A stretch of DNA of 64,000 nt. It comes from Deltaproteobacteria bacterium (GTDB taxonomy: Bacteria > Desulfobacterota > DSM-4660 > Desulfatiglandales > HGW-15). The position numbers and the translations under genes are program-made. Of the stretch, positions 55,569 through 64,000 are shown piece by piece. Every line of letters begins with the position of its first letter. Position 1 is the stretch's first letter. The notes beneath the pieces were generated by a model that was not told the origin of the DNA, ran no database searches, and worked only from the letters and a program-made list of their open reading frames with translations. The stretch is taken from contig JAFGFY010000004.1 of assembly GCA_016930795.1 (NCBI GenBank), positions 16,421 through 80,420 on the forward strand, written 5' to 3'.

Positions 55569-56128
55569 AGATTCCCTCCGCATCGATAAATGCTTATTTT
55601 TGTCTGTCCGTAGGTTTTTGATCTGTCCAAATAGAGCTTCCCTAAAGTAACCGGCATGGTATCGGCCTTGAAGCTTTCCGCAACCACGATCGCTGATAAC
55701 GAAAGGGTATCTCTCACCGAGAGATCAGTGAGTACTTGTGGTATGACCTTTTCTTTGTAGGGAGGATCTATGAAGACCAGATCAAACTTTTCTTTTATCA
55801 ATGGGCTCACCCCCGGAAATCCTTGACTCAGGTCCCTTTTAAGGACAGATCCCACAGATTCATACCTACAAAGATGCAGATTCTTTTTGATGAGCTTAAT
55901 GGATTGGAATGAATTGTCAACAAACAAGGCTTCAATGGCTCCTCTGCTAATGGCCTCAATGCCGAGACATCCGGTGCCTGCAAACAGATCAAGGACGCTC
56001 AATCCTGCTGTATCTTGTCCGATAAGACTGAAAATGGCCTCTCTGACGCGATCCGACGTAGGCCGTATCTTGCTTCCTTTCAAGGATGCCAGTATCCGCC
56101 CCCTAGCCTCTCCACCCGTTATTCTCAT
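55565..56128 (-). CDS. rsmD: 16S rRNA m2G966 methyltransferase
   Basis: MRITGG, RPTSDRVREAIF, LDLFAGTG, FIDPPY. Confidence 0.95.
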   Translation of the reverse strand: MRITGGEARGRILASLKGSKIRPTSDRVREAIFSLIGQDTAGLSVLDLFAGTGCLGIEAISRGAIEALFVDNSFQSIKLIKKNLHLCRYESVGSVLKRDLSQGFPGVSPLIKEKFDLVFIDPPYKEKVIPQVLTDLSVRDTLSLSAIVVAESFKADTMPVTLGKLYLDRSKTYGQTKISIYRCGGNL

Positions 56129-56437
56129 GGTCTGTCAATGTTCCGGTCTTCAGTTGTTTTGCGGCAAGGACTCACGTAGAGTGAGACAAAGCTTTGATAA
56201 ACAGACTTGGCCTTTATCAAGACTTGAACCAATTCTCCATTTATCACGATTCTGATGCTTATGAAAAGGTGAAATTGGCGATCTCACTGACACTCTAAGA
56301 TCATCCTCGAAAGAGTGGCTTTAATGTATGGCAACAACGATTTAAAACCCTCCAAAGGGTTGGCAGATGAATATCATTTGGGAAGACTCAATGCCTCTTC
56401 CAAAACCCTGTACTCGGAACACGCTTTTCTCTTTATT

Positions 56438-57109
56438 TCACGACAAATGCCCCAAAATAGTCTCCCCGGCCTTGACTTTGTCTCGAGGTTGAATCGTGAC
56501 GTGCGTGTCTCTTGGAAGATAGATATCCAAACGGGAGCCAAATCGGATCATGCCAAAGCGTTGACCCGTCTTCACATGGTCCCCCTCTTTGATCCAGCAC
56601 ACAATGCGTCTGGCTATCAGTCCCGCGATTTGGACGAAAACGATTTTACGGCCATCTCCTGTATGAAGGGTGATAAAATTATTTTCGTTTGTATCGGAGG
56701 CCTTGTCCAGGTGGGCTGAAAAGAACTTTCCAGAGTGATAGACAATCTCCGATATCTTTCCCATGATGGGAATTCGATTAACATGGACATTGAACAAAGA
56801 CATAAAGACACTGATCCTTATGGCCGGTTCACCCAGAGGATTTTCCTCATCCTCAAAATGCTGAATCCTTAGTATAGTTCCATCCGCAGGGGTCAGAACG
56901 GCCTTGTCAGACACATGATTTTGACGGGCAGGGTCACGAAAAAAGAAGATGATGAATAGGGTCAAAAGACCTGTAAGGATAGATAGGATGTCAAGACCAA
57001 GAAAGGTAAAAAGAATGGTAAGAAAGAGACCCAATGTGATGAATGGGATCCCCTCCCTAACCACGGGCCACCTGTTATTGATTCGTGTCTTTTCTATATC
57101 CGGCGACAT
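56438..57109 (-). CDS. psd: Phosphatidylserine decarboxylase proenzyme (short type)
   Basis: FFRDP, PADG, FMSLFNVHVNRIP, QIAGLIARRI, FGSR self-cleavage motif. Confidence 0.92.
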   Translation of the reverse strand: MSPDIEKTRINNRWPVVREGIPFITLGLFLTILFTFLGLDILSILTGLLTLFIIFFFRDPARQNHVSDKAVLTPADGTILRIQHFEDEENPLGEPAIRISVFMSLFNVHVNRIPIMGKISEIVYHSGKFFSAHLDKASDTNENNFITLHTGDGRKIVFVQIAGLIARRIVCWIKEGDHVKTGQRFGMIRFGSRLDIYLPRDTHVTIQPRDKVKAGETILGHLS

Positions 57110-57139
57110 GATCTATGACTCATCCCATGCTTTTTAGAC

Positions 57140-57169
57140 ATTATATTTTTCGTTCTGGGTTCTTGTCAA
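57140..57169 (-). promoter_or_regulatory. Consensus sigma70 promoter of psd
   Basis: Minus strand TTGACA (57169..57164)-N18-TATAAT (57145..57140). Confidence 0.6.
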
Positions 57170-57171
57170 CG

Positions 57172-57885
57172 CTATTGCCCCCCGCTTTTTGCCGATTGGG
57201 ATGCATAAGGATTGGGTCGAATATCGGGGGGACGGAGATAGATCGGGACAAGATCTTGCGCGTCATCGAAATCTTGGGCAAGAAATCGTTTGAGTCCAAG
57301 TGTGCCTACTGCAGAAGCCCTTAAGTTCCAAAGGTGGGCTTGCGCCAAGACGGCCTCAGCCCCTAGAGCCTCTTTAATGAGAGGACTCTGACGATTGAAA
57401 TCGTTGCCCAGGACGATGGTTGTCTCAGTGACCATGGAGGCGAGGTCCTCTATCCTTAAGCAGGTATCTTCTCGGATTCGGATCATCTCATCGTCGTCAC
57501 TCCAATGAAATAGCGCCGTGAAGACCTCTCCTTTTCTGGAATCGATGATCGGACAGACCGGATAATTCACATATAGGACTTGACGGGCAAGGGCTTCAAG
57601 GCTGGACACCCCTATAAGGGGAATGTTGAGTCCTTGGGTCATGCCTTTTGCCATGGCAAGCCCAACTCTCATGCCGGTAAAACTCCCCGGGCCAATTGCT
57701 ACAGCAATCGTCTGGATTTCTTCCATTCCAACATTGACGTATTCCATCAGGGCGTTGACCGCAGGCATGAATCCGCCAAAGTTTTTCTCTTTTGGCAAGA
57801 TGATATATTCAGCCAAAACAGTGCCCCGCATATCCATTAGGGCTAGACCGAATTGTCGCGTAGTGGTGTTGACAGCCAGTATCAT
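57172..57885 (-). CDS. tsaB: t6A biosynthesis protein TsaB
   Basis: GPGSFTGMRVG, VSSLEALA, IDSRKGEVF, PIYLR. Confidence 0.93.
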   Translation of the reverse strand: MILAVNTTTRQFGLALMDMRGTVLAEYIILPKEKNFGGFMPAVNALMEYVNVGMEEIQTIAVAIGPGSFTGMRVGLAMAKGMTQGLNIPLIGVSSLEALARQVLYVNYPVCPIIDSRKGEVFTALFHWSDDDEMIRIREDTCLRIEDLASMVTETTIVLGNDFNRQSPLIKEALGAEAVLAQAHLWNLRASAVGTLGLKRFLAQDFDDAQDLVPIYLRPPDIRPNPYASQSAKSGGQ

Positions 57886-59006
57886 GGGAATTGATTAAAG
57901 ACTCGAACAATATCGTTATAGAAAACCACGGCCATCAAGAGAATAATCAGGGAAAGTCCAATCTTCTGGACCCATTCCCGGGTCTTGCTATTCAGTGGTC
58001 TGCCGGTCAATAGTTCCACGAGGAGGAGGAGAATAAGCCCTCCATCCAGTATGGGGATGGGAAAGAGATTGATGATCCCCAGATTTACGCTGATCATAGC
58101 CATAAATCCCGCGAGGGCAACAAGACCTGCCTGGGCAAACTCGCCGGTCATTTGCCCGATCATGATTGGGCCGCCCATCATGTTAATGGAATAGGTCCCG
58201 GTGAGTAGCTTCACGATGGTGTCGTATATTCGCGTAATCCAGGTCCATGTTTCAATGGCGGCATGTTTCATGGACCCCCATGGTCCAAACTCTTTCTTCG
58301 CGTAGTTGCCAGAGGATTCAATGCCTATTCTCGCCATGGAGATCTCCTGGCCATAGGCCTCTTGTTTGAATTCATCCGGTATGACGGTAAGGAAGATCAG
58401 GTCATTGCCTCTTTCTACATATACTTCAACAGGTATGCCCGATTTACCAAAGAGGGCCTCCTGTATTTCAAGGAAATCTTCAATGGATATACCGTCAATA
58501 GACTTAATGACATCTCCCTTCAACAGACCCGCTCTGCTGGCCGGCGAATCGGGGAGCACATTGCCGATCTCTGCGAACCTTATATAGGCGCCTGAAAAGT
58601 AGAATATTCCCCAGTACAAGAGAAAGGCAAGCAACACGTTGAAAAAGGGTCCTGCCACAACGATGGCCATCCTCTTAAAAGGATGTTTGTTGTTGAATGC
58701 TCTTGGAATATCTTCTTCAGCGAGTACCTCATCTTCTTCGATATCCTCATTTTCCCCCAACATTTTGACGAAACCGCCCAATGGGATATAACGGATGGAG
58801 TATTCGGTTTCACCCCAGACTTTTGCCAAAATCTTAGGCCCGAATCCAAGGGCAAATTTGAGGACTTTGACGTTAAAAAGCTTAGCCACTATAAAATGTC
58901 CCAATTCATGGAAAAAAACCATGATTCCTAGAACAATGATAAAGGGAAGGAGATAATAGAATGCAAGATGCCCGGTGTTTTTAAAAAGGCTTAGAAGAAC
59001 TTCCAT
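57882..59006 (-). CDS. rseP: RIP metalloprotease RseP
   Basis: HELGH, PLGGFVKM, PDZ domain, NLFPIPILDGG. Confidence 0.95.
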   Translation of the reverse strand: MEVLLSLFKNTGHLAFYYLLPFIIVLGIMVFFHELGHFIVAKLFNVKVLKFALGFGPKILAKVWGETEYSIRYIPLGGFVKMLGENEDIEEDEVLAEEDIPRAFNNKHPFKRMAIVVAGPFFNVLLAFLLYWGIFYFSGAYIRFAEIGNVLPDSPASRAGLLKGDVIKSIDGISIEDFLEIQEALFGKSGIPVEVYVERGNDLIFLTVIPDEFKQEAYGQEISMARIGIESSGNYAKKEFGPWGSMKHAAIETWTWITRIYDTIVKLLTGTYSINMMGGPIMIGQMTGEFAQAGLVALAGFMAMISVNLGIINLFPIPILDGGLILLLLVELLTGRPLNSKTREWVQKIGLSLIILLMAVVFYNDIVRVFNQFP

Positions 59007-59142
59007 GTATTCAACCTTTCATTCCAAAGAAGTATCGGCTTTCGGAAACCGGTATTGACTCCGAAGTCCTCGATTTTGATTTTAGCATTTATGTGTGTGT
59101 TCATGCAATGACTATACGTGATATGTTGGCATATCATCTGTG

Positions 59143-60312
59143 CTACTTTGAGACCCTCAAGCTTTTCAAGGCTTCTTCAGCCCTGTGGCGCGCCCAGGAA
59201 TCCGCCTCCATGACCTCCTCAATATGCTGGATATCATAAGCTGTATGGACTTCCATAGTTTTTTCTATGAGCATGGGAATCTGGAGAAAGCCAATATGCC
59301 CCTCAAGGAAGGCTCCTACAGCGATCTCATTCGCTGCGTTGAGGACTGCGGGCATACTTCCCCCGATCTTTCCGGCTTGAAGGGCCAGGTCCAGACATCT
59401 AAACCTCGTCTTATCAGGTTTTTCAAAGCTTAGTGTCCCTATCTCATCCAGTTGTAAAGGAGAAAGGTCGTTTTCTATATGATGAGGATAAGAAAGGGCA
59501 TAGGATATGGGGGTGATCATGTGCGGTACACCCATTTGAGCGATGATGGAGCCGTCTCTGTATTCCACCATGGAGTGAACAATGCTCTGGGGGTGGATCA
59601 AAATATCAATCTGGCCCATTTTCAAATCGAAAAACCACTTGGCTTCAATGGCTTCAAGTCCTTTATTCATCAAAGTGGCAGAGTCGACATTTATCTTCCG
59701 GCCCATATTCCAGGTGGGGTGTTCCTGCGTTTGCTCCGGCGTCACTCTTTTCATTTCTTGAAGGGACATATTTCTAAAAGGCCCCCCGGACGCGGTAAGT
59801 ATGATCCGCCTTAAATCTTCTCTAGGATGACCCTGAAGGGATTGAAGAATCGCGCTGTGTTCACTGTCAATGGGTAGGACAGTCTGTTTATTGTTTTTCA
59901 CGCCGCCCATAATAAGGTGCCCGGCCATGACCATGGCCTCTTTGTTGGCCAAAGCGATGTTTTTCCCCGCTTCAACTGCTGCATAAGTAGGAGCCAATCC
60001 CGCTGCGCCTGTCATGGCAGAGATGACGGTATCGACTTCATCCAAGGTGGCCATACGCTTGAATCCATCTATCCCTGAGTAGACCTCTATCCCGGCGTTT
60101 GTTTTCAACCGGGTTCGCAGAGTGCTTGCCAGGTCTTCATCCAATACGGATACGGCTTTGGGACTGAATTCGTCGATCTGCCCCAATAACAGATCGATAT
60201 TTCGGCCTGCACTCAATGCAACTATCCTATACTTATCAGGATGATGCTTAATGATCTTCAGGGCATTCCGGCCTATGGAACCGGTAGAACCCAGGAGTGA
60301 TACCCTTTTCAT
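59143..60312 (-). CDS. dxr: 1-deoxy-D-xylulose-5-phosphate reductoisomerase
   Basis: LGSTGSIG, LANKE, PIDSEH, LTASGGPF, MGRKINVDSATLMNKGLE. Confidence 0.97.
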   Translation of the reverse strand: MKRVSLLGSTGSIGRNALKIIKHHPDKYRIVALSAGRNIDLLLGQIDEFSPKAVSVLDEDLASTLRTRLKTNAGIEVYSGIDGFKRMATLDEVDTVISAMTGAAGLAPTYAAVEAGKNIALANKEAMVMAGHLIMGGVKNNKQTVLPIDSEHSAILQSLQGHPREDLRRIILTASGGPFRNMSLQEMKRVTPEQTQEHPTWNMGRKINVDSATLMNKGLEAIEAKWFFDLKMGQIDILIHPQSIVHSMVEYRDGSIIAQMGVPHMITPISYALSYPHHIENDLSPLQLDEIGTLSFEKPDKTRFRCLDLALQAGKIGGSMPAVLNAANEIAVGAFLEGHIGFLQIPMLIEKTMEVHTAYDIQHIEEVMEADSWARHRAEEALKSLRVSK

Positions 60313-60389
60313 GGTTTCGGGAGTCGATCTCCAAATAGAGTCACGATTTGGCAATCTCAAATCCTTTTAAGTTACTTCCGCATTATATC

Positions 60390-61199
60390 TCATACCGACC
60401 AATTCAGGAACAGATAGAGCCCAGGGATGGCAAACAATAGACCGTCTATTCTGTCCAGAATCCCTCCGTGACCGGGAAGGATTCTTCCGGAATCTTTGAT
60501 GCCATGGGCTCTTTTCATCATGGATTCGACAAGATCTCCAATCGGGGCCACAATAGAGATGAAGACAACGAGACACAGTATGCTCAGATCAGGCGGGTGT
60601 AGGGGAATCATTCGCAGGAACCAAAACGCGGCCAGGAAGCTGCAAAGGGCACCCCCTATAGCCCCCTCCCAGGTTTTTCCTGGGCTCATGGCCTCATAGA
60701 GTCTATGTTTTCCAAAGAGCTTTCCTAGGTAGAAGGCTCCCGTATCATTGGCAAAAACGACGACCAAGAGAAAGAAAACCCAGATGTATCCTTTGCCGCC
60801 GGGGTAGTGCCTGTGAATATGCAAGAGCATTACTAGGGGCAGCCCTACATAAATTGGCCCCAAAACAGTCTTTCCAATATCTGCCGTATCTTGTCGGCTC
60901 GGTACAGGTTGTGTGAACATAAAGAATGCCATGGGCACAAAAGCCGAAAAAGCAATGATAGCGGATAGATCCAGGTATTGCCCAGTGTAGATTGTCGCAA
61001 AAAGAAGGAATGTAAGGAGATAACCTACGCATAGGACAAATCTCGGAAGGTTAGAGCATGTCATGTTGTAGAATTCGAATAGACCCACAAGGGATGTGCC
61101 AAGAAGGAGAGTGTAGAAAAGCAATGGGTGGCCAAAGCCGATGACGTAAATAAGGATAGGGACGGCGATGATGCTGGTCAGCCATCGTTTAATTAGCAT
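60390..61199 (-). CDS. cdsA: Phosphatidate cytidylyltransferase
   Basis: NDTGAF, SPGKTWEG, GDLVESMMKR, KDSG, PGHGGILDRID. Confidence 0.95.
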   Translation of the reverse strand: MLIKRWLTSIIAVPILIYVIGFGHPLLFYTLLLGTSLVGLFEFYNMTCSNLPRFVLCVGYLLTFLLFATIYTGQYLDLSAIIAFSAFVPMAFFMFTQPVPSRQDTADIGKTVLGPIYVGLPLVMLLHIHRHYPGGKGYIWVFFLLVVVFANDTGAFYLGKLFGKHRLYEAMSPGKTWEGAIGGALCSFLAAFWFLRMIPLHPPDLSILCLVVFISIVAPIGDLVESMMKRAHGIKDSGRILPGHGGILDRIDGLLFAIPGLYLFLNWSV

Positions 61200-61245
61200 G
61201 TTAAACGTTTATCTCCACTTCTTTGTCTTTGTAATCCCGGTCTCT

Positions 61246-61971
61246 TCATTCCGCTTCGCTGGCCCCGAACCGTCTCTCCCTTTTCTGGAACTCCTTGATA
61301 GCTGCAAGATATTCCTCTTTTCGAAAATCGGGCCATAGTGTGGGGGTAATATAGATCTCAGTGTAGGCGATCTGCCACAGCAGAAAATTGCTTATCCGGT
61401 ACTCACCGCTTGTCCTTATGAGCAGGTCGGGATCGGGGATTCCTGTCGTATATAGTGAATCCGAAATAGTCTGCTCGGTGATCTCCTCTGGTCTCAAGAC
61501 TCTGGATTCAACCCTCATGAATATCTTTTGGAAGGCATCAAGTATCTCCTGCCTTCCTCCATAACTCAGGGCAAGGTTCAGCACCATGTCTTTGTTTTGG
61601 GAAGTTTTATCTGAGGTATCAGAGAGAAGTCTCTGCACGTCCTCAGGCAACTTGCCTGATCTTCCAATCGTTTGAAAACGTATCCCGTTTTCAAGCATTT
61701 CATCCAATTCATTCTTGAGAAAACTTTTTAGAAGGTTCATCAGGGCATCCACTTCGTGTTTGGGTCTTTTCCAGTTTTCTTCGGAAAAGGCATATAACGT
61801 AAGATATGATATCCCGATTTCCCGGCTTGTTCTGACAACTTCCCTTACGGAATCGATTCCATTTTCATGACCGTATATTCGGTTTAGGGCCCTCTTTTTG
61901 GCCCATCGGCCATTTCCGTCCATGATGATTGCGATATGCTTGGGTAGTTTTTCAAGATTTATGTTTGACAT
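61246..61971 (-). CDS. uppS: Undecaprenyl diphosphate synthase
   Basis: HIAIIMDGNGRWA, YAFSEENWKRP, DLLIRTSGEYRISNFLLWQ. Confidence 0.97.
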   Translation of the reverse strand: MSNINLEKLPKHIAIIMDGNGRWAKKRALNRIYGHENGIDSVREVVRTSREIGISYLTLYAFSEENWKRPKHEVDALMNLLKSFLKNELDEMLENGIRFQTIGRSGKLPEDVQRLLSDTSDKTSQNKDMVLNLALSYGGRQEILDAFQKIFMRVESRVLRPEEITEQTISDSLYTTGIPDPDLLIRTSGEYRISNFLLWQIAYTEIYITPTLWPDFRKEEYLAAIKEFQKRERRFGASEAE

Positions 61972-62022
61972 AGACAAAAGGATACCACTGTTGTGAAGTG
62001 AAGGTCAATGGGAGGGATTTAA

Positions 62023-62580
62023 TCAGAACTCGACGATCTCTTTTTCTTTCTCAGCCGTGATTTCATCCACCTTTCTAGTGAAATCATCGGTTACCTTCTG
62101 AGTCTGGTCTTGGGATTTATACATCTCATCTTCTGAGATTTCTTTTTCGTTTTTCAGTTCCTTGAACATTTCGTTCGCTTCCCGCCTGTGATTGCGGATA
62201 GAGATCTTGGCTTCTTCAGCCATCTTTTTAGCCATCTTTGCCAGCTCTTTCCTTCGCTCTTCAGTCAGTGGCGGGATGGAGATCCTGATAAGCTTCCCGT
62301 CGTTCATGGGCGTCAGACCAAGTTCGGACTTCAGAATGCTTTTCTCTATTTCTGCAATAATAGACTGGTCCCATGGTTTAATGGTAATCAAACGGCTTTC
62401 GGGGGTAGATAGAGATGCGACTTGATCCAGAGGCATCTGGGTCTCGTAGGCGTTCACTTTGATGCCATCAAGGAGGGCGACGGACGCTCGACCCGTCCGG
62501 ATCCTGTTCAAATCCTTTCTGAGGGCTTCAACGGTTTTTTCCATCTTCTGATGTAATTCAGACAAGATTTCTTCTTTCAT
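62023..62580 (-). CDS. frr: Ribosome recycling factor
   Basis: RTGRAS, IKPWD, IPPLTEERR. Confidence 0.97.
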   Translation of the reverse strand: MKEEILSELHQKMEKTVEALRKDLNRIRTGRASVALLDGIKVNAYETQMPLDQVASLSTPESRLITIKPWDQSIIAEIEKSILKSELGLTPMNDGKLIRISIPPLTEERRKELAKMAKKMAEEAKISIRNHRREANEMFKELKNEKEISEDEMYKSQDQTQKVTDDFTRKVDEITAEKEKEIVEF

Positions 62581-63311
62581 GCTGATTCCCCTGAAATTGA
62601 AGTTCCTATGCTTTGTCCAAGAATGACCTTTTCTATGTTTCCTGTCTTCCGAAGGTTAAAGACGATGATGGGCAGGTTCTGACTCATGGCAAGGGATACG
62701 GCGGTTAAATCTATTACCTTCAGATTTCTTATTATCACCTCTTGATAGGTTATGTTATCAAAGGATTTGGATGATGGGTTTTGTTCCGGATCCGAGTCAA
62801 AAACTCCGTCCACTTTGGTCGCCTTTAAAAGGACTTCCGCCTGAAGTTCCATAGCCCTTAGGGCAGCGGCCGTGTCGGTGCTGAAATATGGGTTGCCTGT
62901 CCCAGCCCCAAGGAGAACGACACGATTTTTTTCGAGATAGCTGATAGCCCTTTCTCGGACATAGGGTTCTGCGACTTTGTTCATATCAAGAGCGGACATG
63001 ACCCGCGTCTCTGAACCCATCATATTCAAGGCTTCCGCTAAGGCAATGGCATTGATTACGGTAGCCAGCATACCCATGTTGTCGGCCGGAACCCGGCCCA
63101 TATCGTATTCCGATGCCCTTAATCCTCTGAATATATTTCCACCCCCAATGACTACAGCGATTTCCACCCCCAATTGGTGAATGTTATGAACTTCGCCTGC
63201 AATCTTGTTGAGAATCACAGGATCAATACCAAAGGATTTATCCCCCATTAAGGCCTCCCCGCTCAGTTTGAGAAGTATTCTCCTGTAACGGGGGCGCGTA
63301 GCGTTATTCAT
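62577..63311 (-). CDS. pyrH: UMP kinase
   Basis: LKLSGEAL, GGGNIFRG, GNPYFSTD, KVDGVFDSDP. Confidence 0.97.
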   Translation of the reverse strand: MNNATRPRYRRILLKLSGEALMGDKSFGIDPVILNKIAGEVHNIHQLGVEIAVVIGGGNIFRGLRASEYDMGRVPADNMGMLATVINAIALAEALNMMGSETRVMSALDMNKVAEPYVRERAISYLEKNRVVLLGAGTGNPYFSTDTAAALRAMELQAEVLLKATKVDGVFDSDPEQNPSSKSFDNITYQEVIIRNLKVIDLTAVSLAMSQNLPIIVFNLRKTGNIEKVILGQSIGTSISGESA

Positions 63312-63906
63312 CAGCCTCTCCGAGTTGGAAACGTACGAATCGTCTTATAGTGATCTTCTCGCCTGTTTTGGCCATTATTTCATACAGAAGGTCTTGAATT
63401 GTGATGTCGGGGTTTTTCACATACGTCTGTTCCAGGAGACAGACTTCGCTGTAGTACTTCTTCAATTTACCTTCGACAATCTTATCAATAACCTTTTCCG
63501 GCTTCCCTGAGTCCTTTGCTTGGGCCGTGTAGATTTCTTTTTCTTTGTCCAATAATTCGGCTGGAATCCCCTCCCGATCCACGGAGATAGGGCTGGTGGC
63601 GGCAATTTGCATGGCCAAATTCTTGGCGAGTTCAGTGAAGTCCTCTGTTTTTCCCGTGAAATCGGTTTCACAATTCACTTCCACAAGGACACCGATCTTA
63701 TTCCCGGCATGAATATAGGACTGAATTTGACCTTCGGAGGTTGCACGTCCTCCTCTTTTTTGGGCTGTAGCAGCCCCTTTCTTTCTGAGATAATCGATGG
63801 CTTCGTTCATGTCACCATTGGCCTGTTTGAGGGCCGCCTTACAATCCATCACGCCCGCGCCGGTCTTGTCTCTCAGTTCTTTTACAGCTGATGCCGATAT
63901 TTCCAA
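63304..63906 (-). CDS. tsf: Elongation factor Ts (short form, TTG start)
   Basis: VKELRDKTGAGVMDCK, EVNCETDF, RRFVRF; GGAGG RBS. Confidence 0.97.
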   Translation of the reverse strand: MEISASAVKELRDKTGAGVMDCKAALKQANGDMNEAIDYLRKKGAATAQKRGGRATSEGQIQSYIHAGNKIGVLVEVNCETDFTGKTEDFTELAKNLAMQIAATSPISVDREGIPAELLDKEKEIYTAQAKDSGKPEKVIDKIVEGKLKKYYSEVCLLEQTYVKNPDITIQDLLYEIMAKTGEKITIRRFVRFQLGEADE

Positions 63907-63910
63907 TTTT

Positions 63911-64000
63911 CTACTCCTCCGCTACATCTTCTTGAATTTCAAGATCTTCCTTTTTCGAAATCAGAATGACTTCAGGACCTTTCTCCTGCCCTCCCTCTTT
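63911..64000 (-). CDS. rpsB: 3' end of the gene upstream of tsf, probably ribosomal protein S2
   Basis: Open frame KEGGQEKGPEVILISKKEDLEIQEDVAEE-TAG; acidic tail; assignment by rpsB-tsf-pyrH-frr synteny only. Confidence 0.6.
   Translation of the reverse strand, partial: KEGGQEKGPEVILISKKEDLEIQEDVAEE

Noticed and set aside
56377-56404. Intrinsic terminator after psd
   Set aside because: An imperfect hairpin is present but there is no U-tract on the minus strand.
63304-63906. Truncated EF-Ts
   Set aside because: A ~200-aa EF-Ts is a normal short form in several lineages; RBS, start and conserved motifs are intact.

Overview
64 kb of a bacterial chromosome; gene content (Hdr/MvhD/MetVF, Sec usage, short EF-Ts, sigma54 sites) suggests an anaerobic Desulfobacterota-type organism (inference). 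Left (0.6-10.4 kb): a divergent redox locus. hdrC-hdrB-hdrA-mvhD(Sec)-metV-metF lies on the minus strand. On the plus strand is a membrane protein fusing a NarI/HdrE-like heme-b domain, a CxxCH loop and two HdrC-like Fe-S domains, followed by a second hdrB. The ORF track truncates mvhD at a UGA that has a SECIS-like hairpin behind it. 10.8-20.1 kb: signalling/housekeeping genes, including a eukaryote-type bifunctional PFK-2/FBPase-2. A decayed tRNA-like remnant at ~20.1 kb borders a ~29 kb Wzx/Wzy exopolysaccharide locus (20.2-49.4 kb). Its left arm encodes a secreted unknown, a MORN lipoprotein, vWA-TSP3-OmpA, ExeA-LysM, an FGE-domain protein, a priming sugar transferase and a TPR protein. 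Its right arm starts at a sigma54/IHF-type promoter and includes wza, a Walker-A-degenerate wzc, GNAT, heparinase II/III-like, two CapK-like ligases, wzx, wzy, glycosyltransferases and wecB. Right end: fbp, an AI-2E transporter, FHA-GspB fusion, rlpA, ihfA, coaD, rsmD, psd, tsaB and the conserved rpsB-tsf-pyrH-frr-uppS-cdsA-dxr-rseP block. No CRISPR array, integrase, transposase, rRNA or intact tRNA was seen. All assignments come from motif reading by eye; no database search was run.
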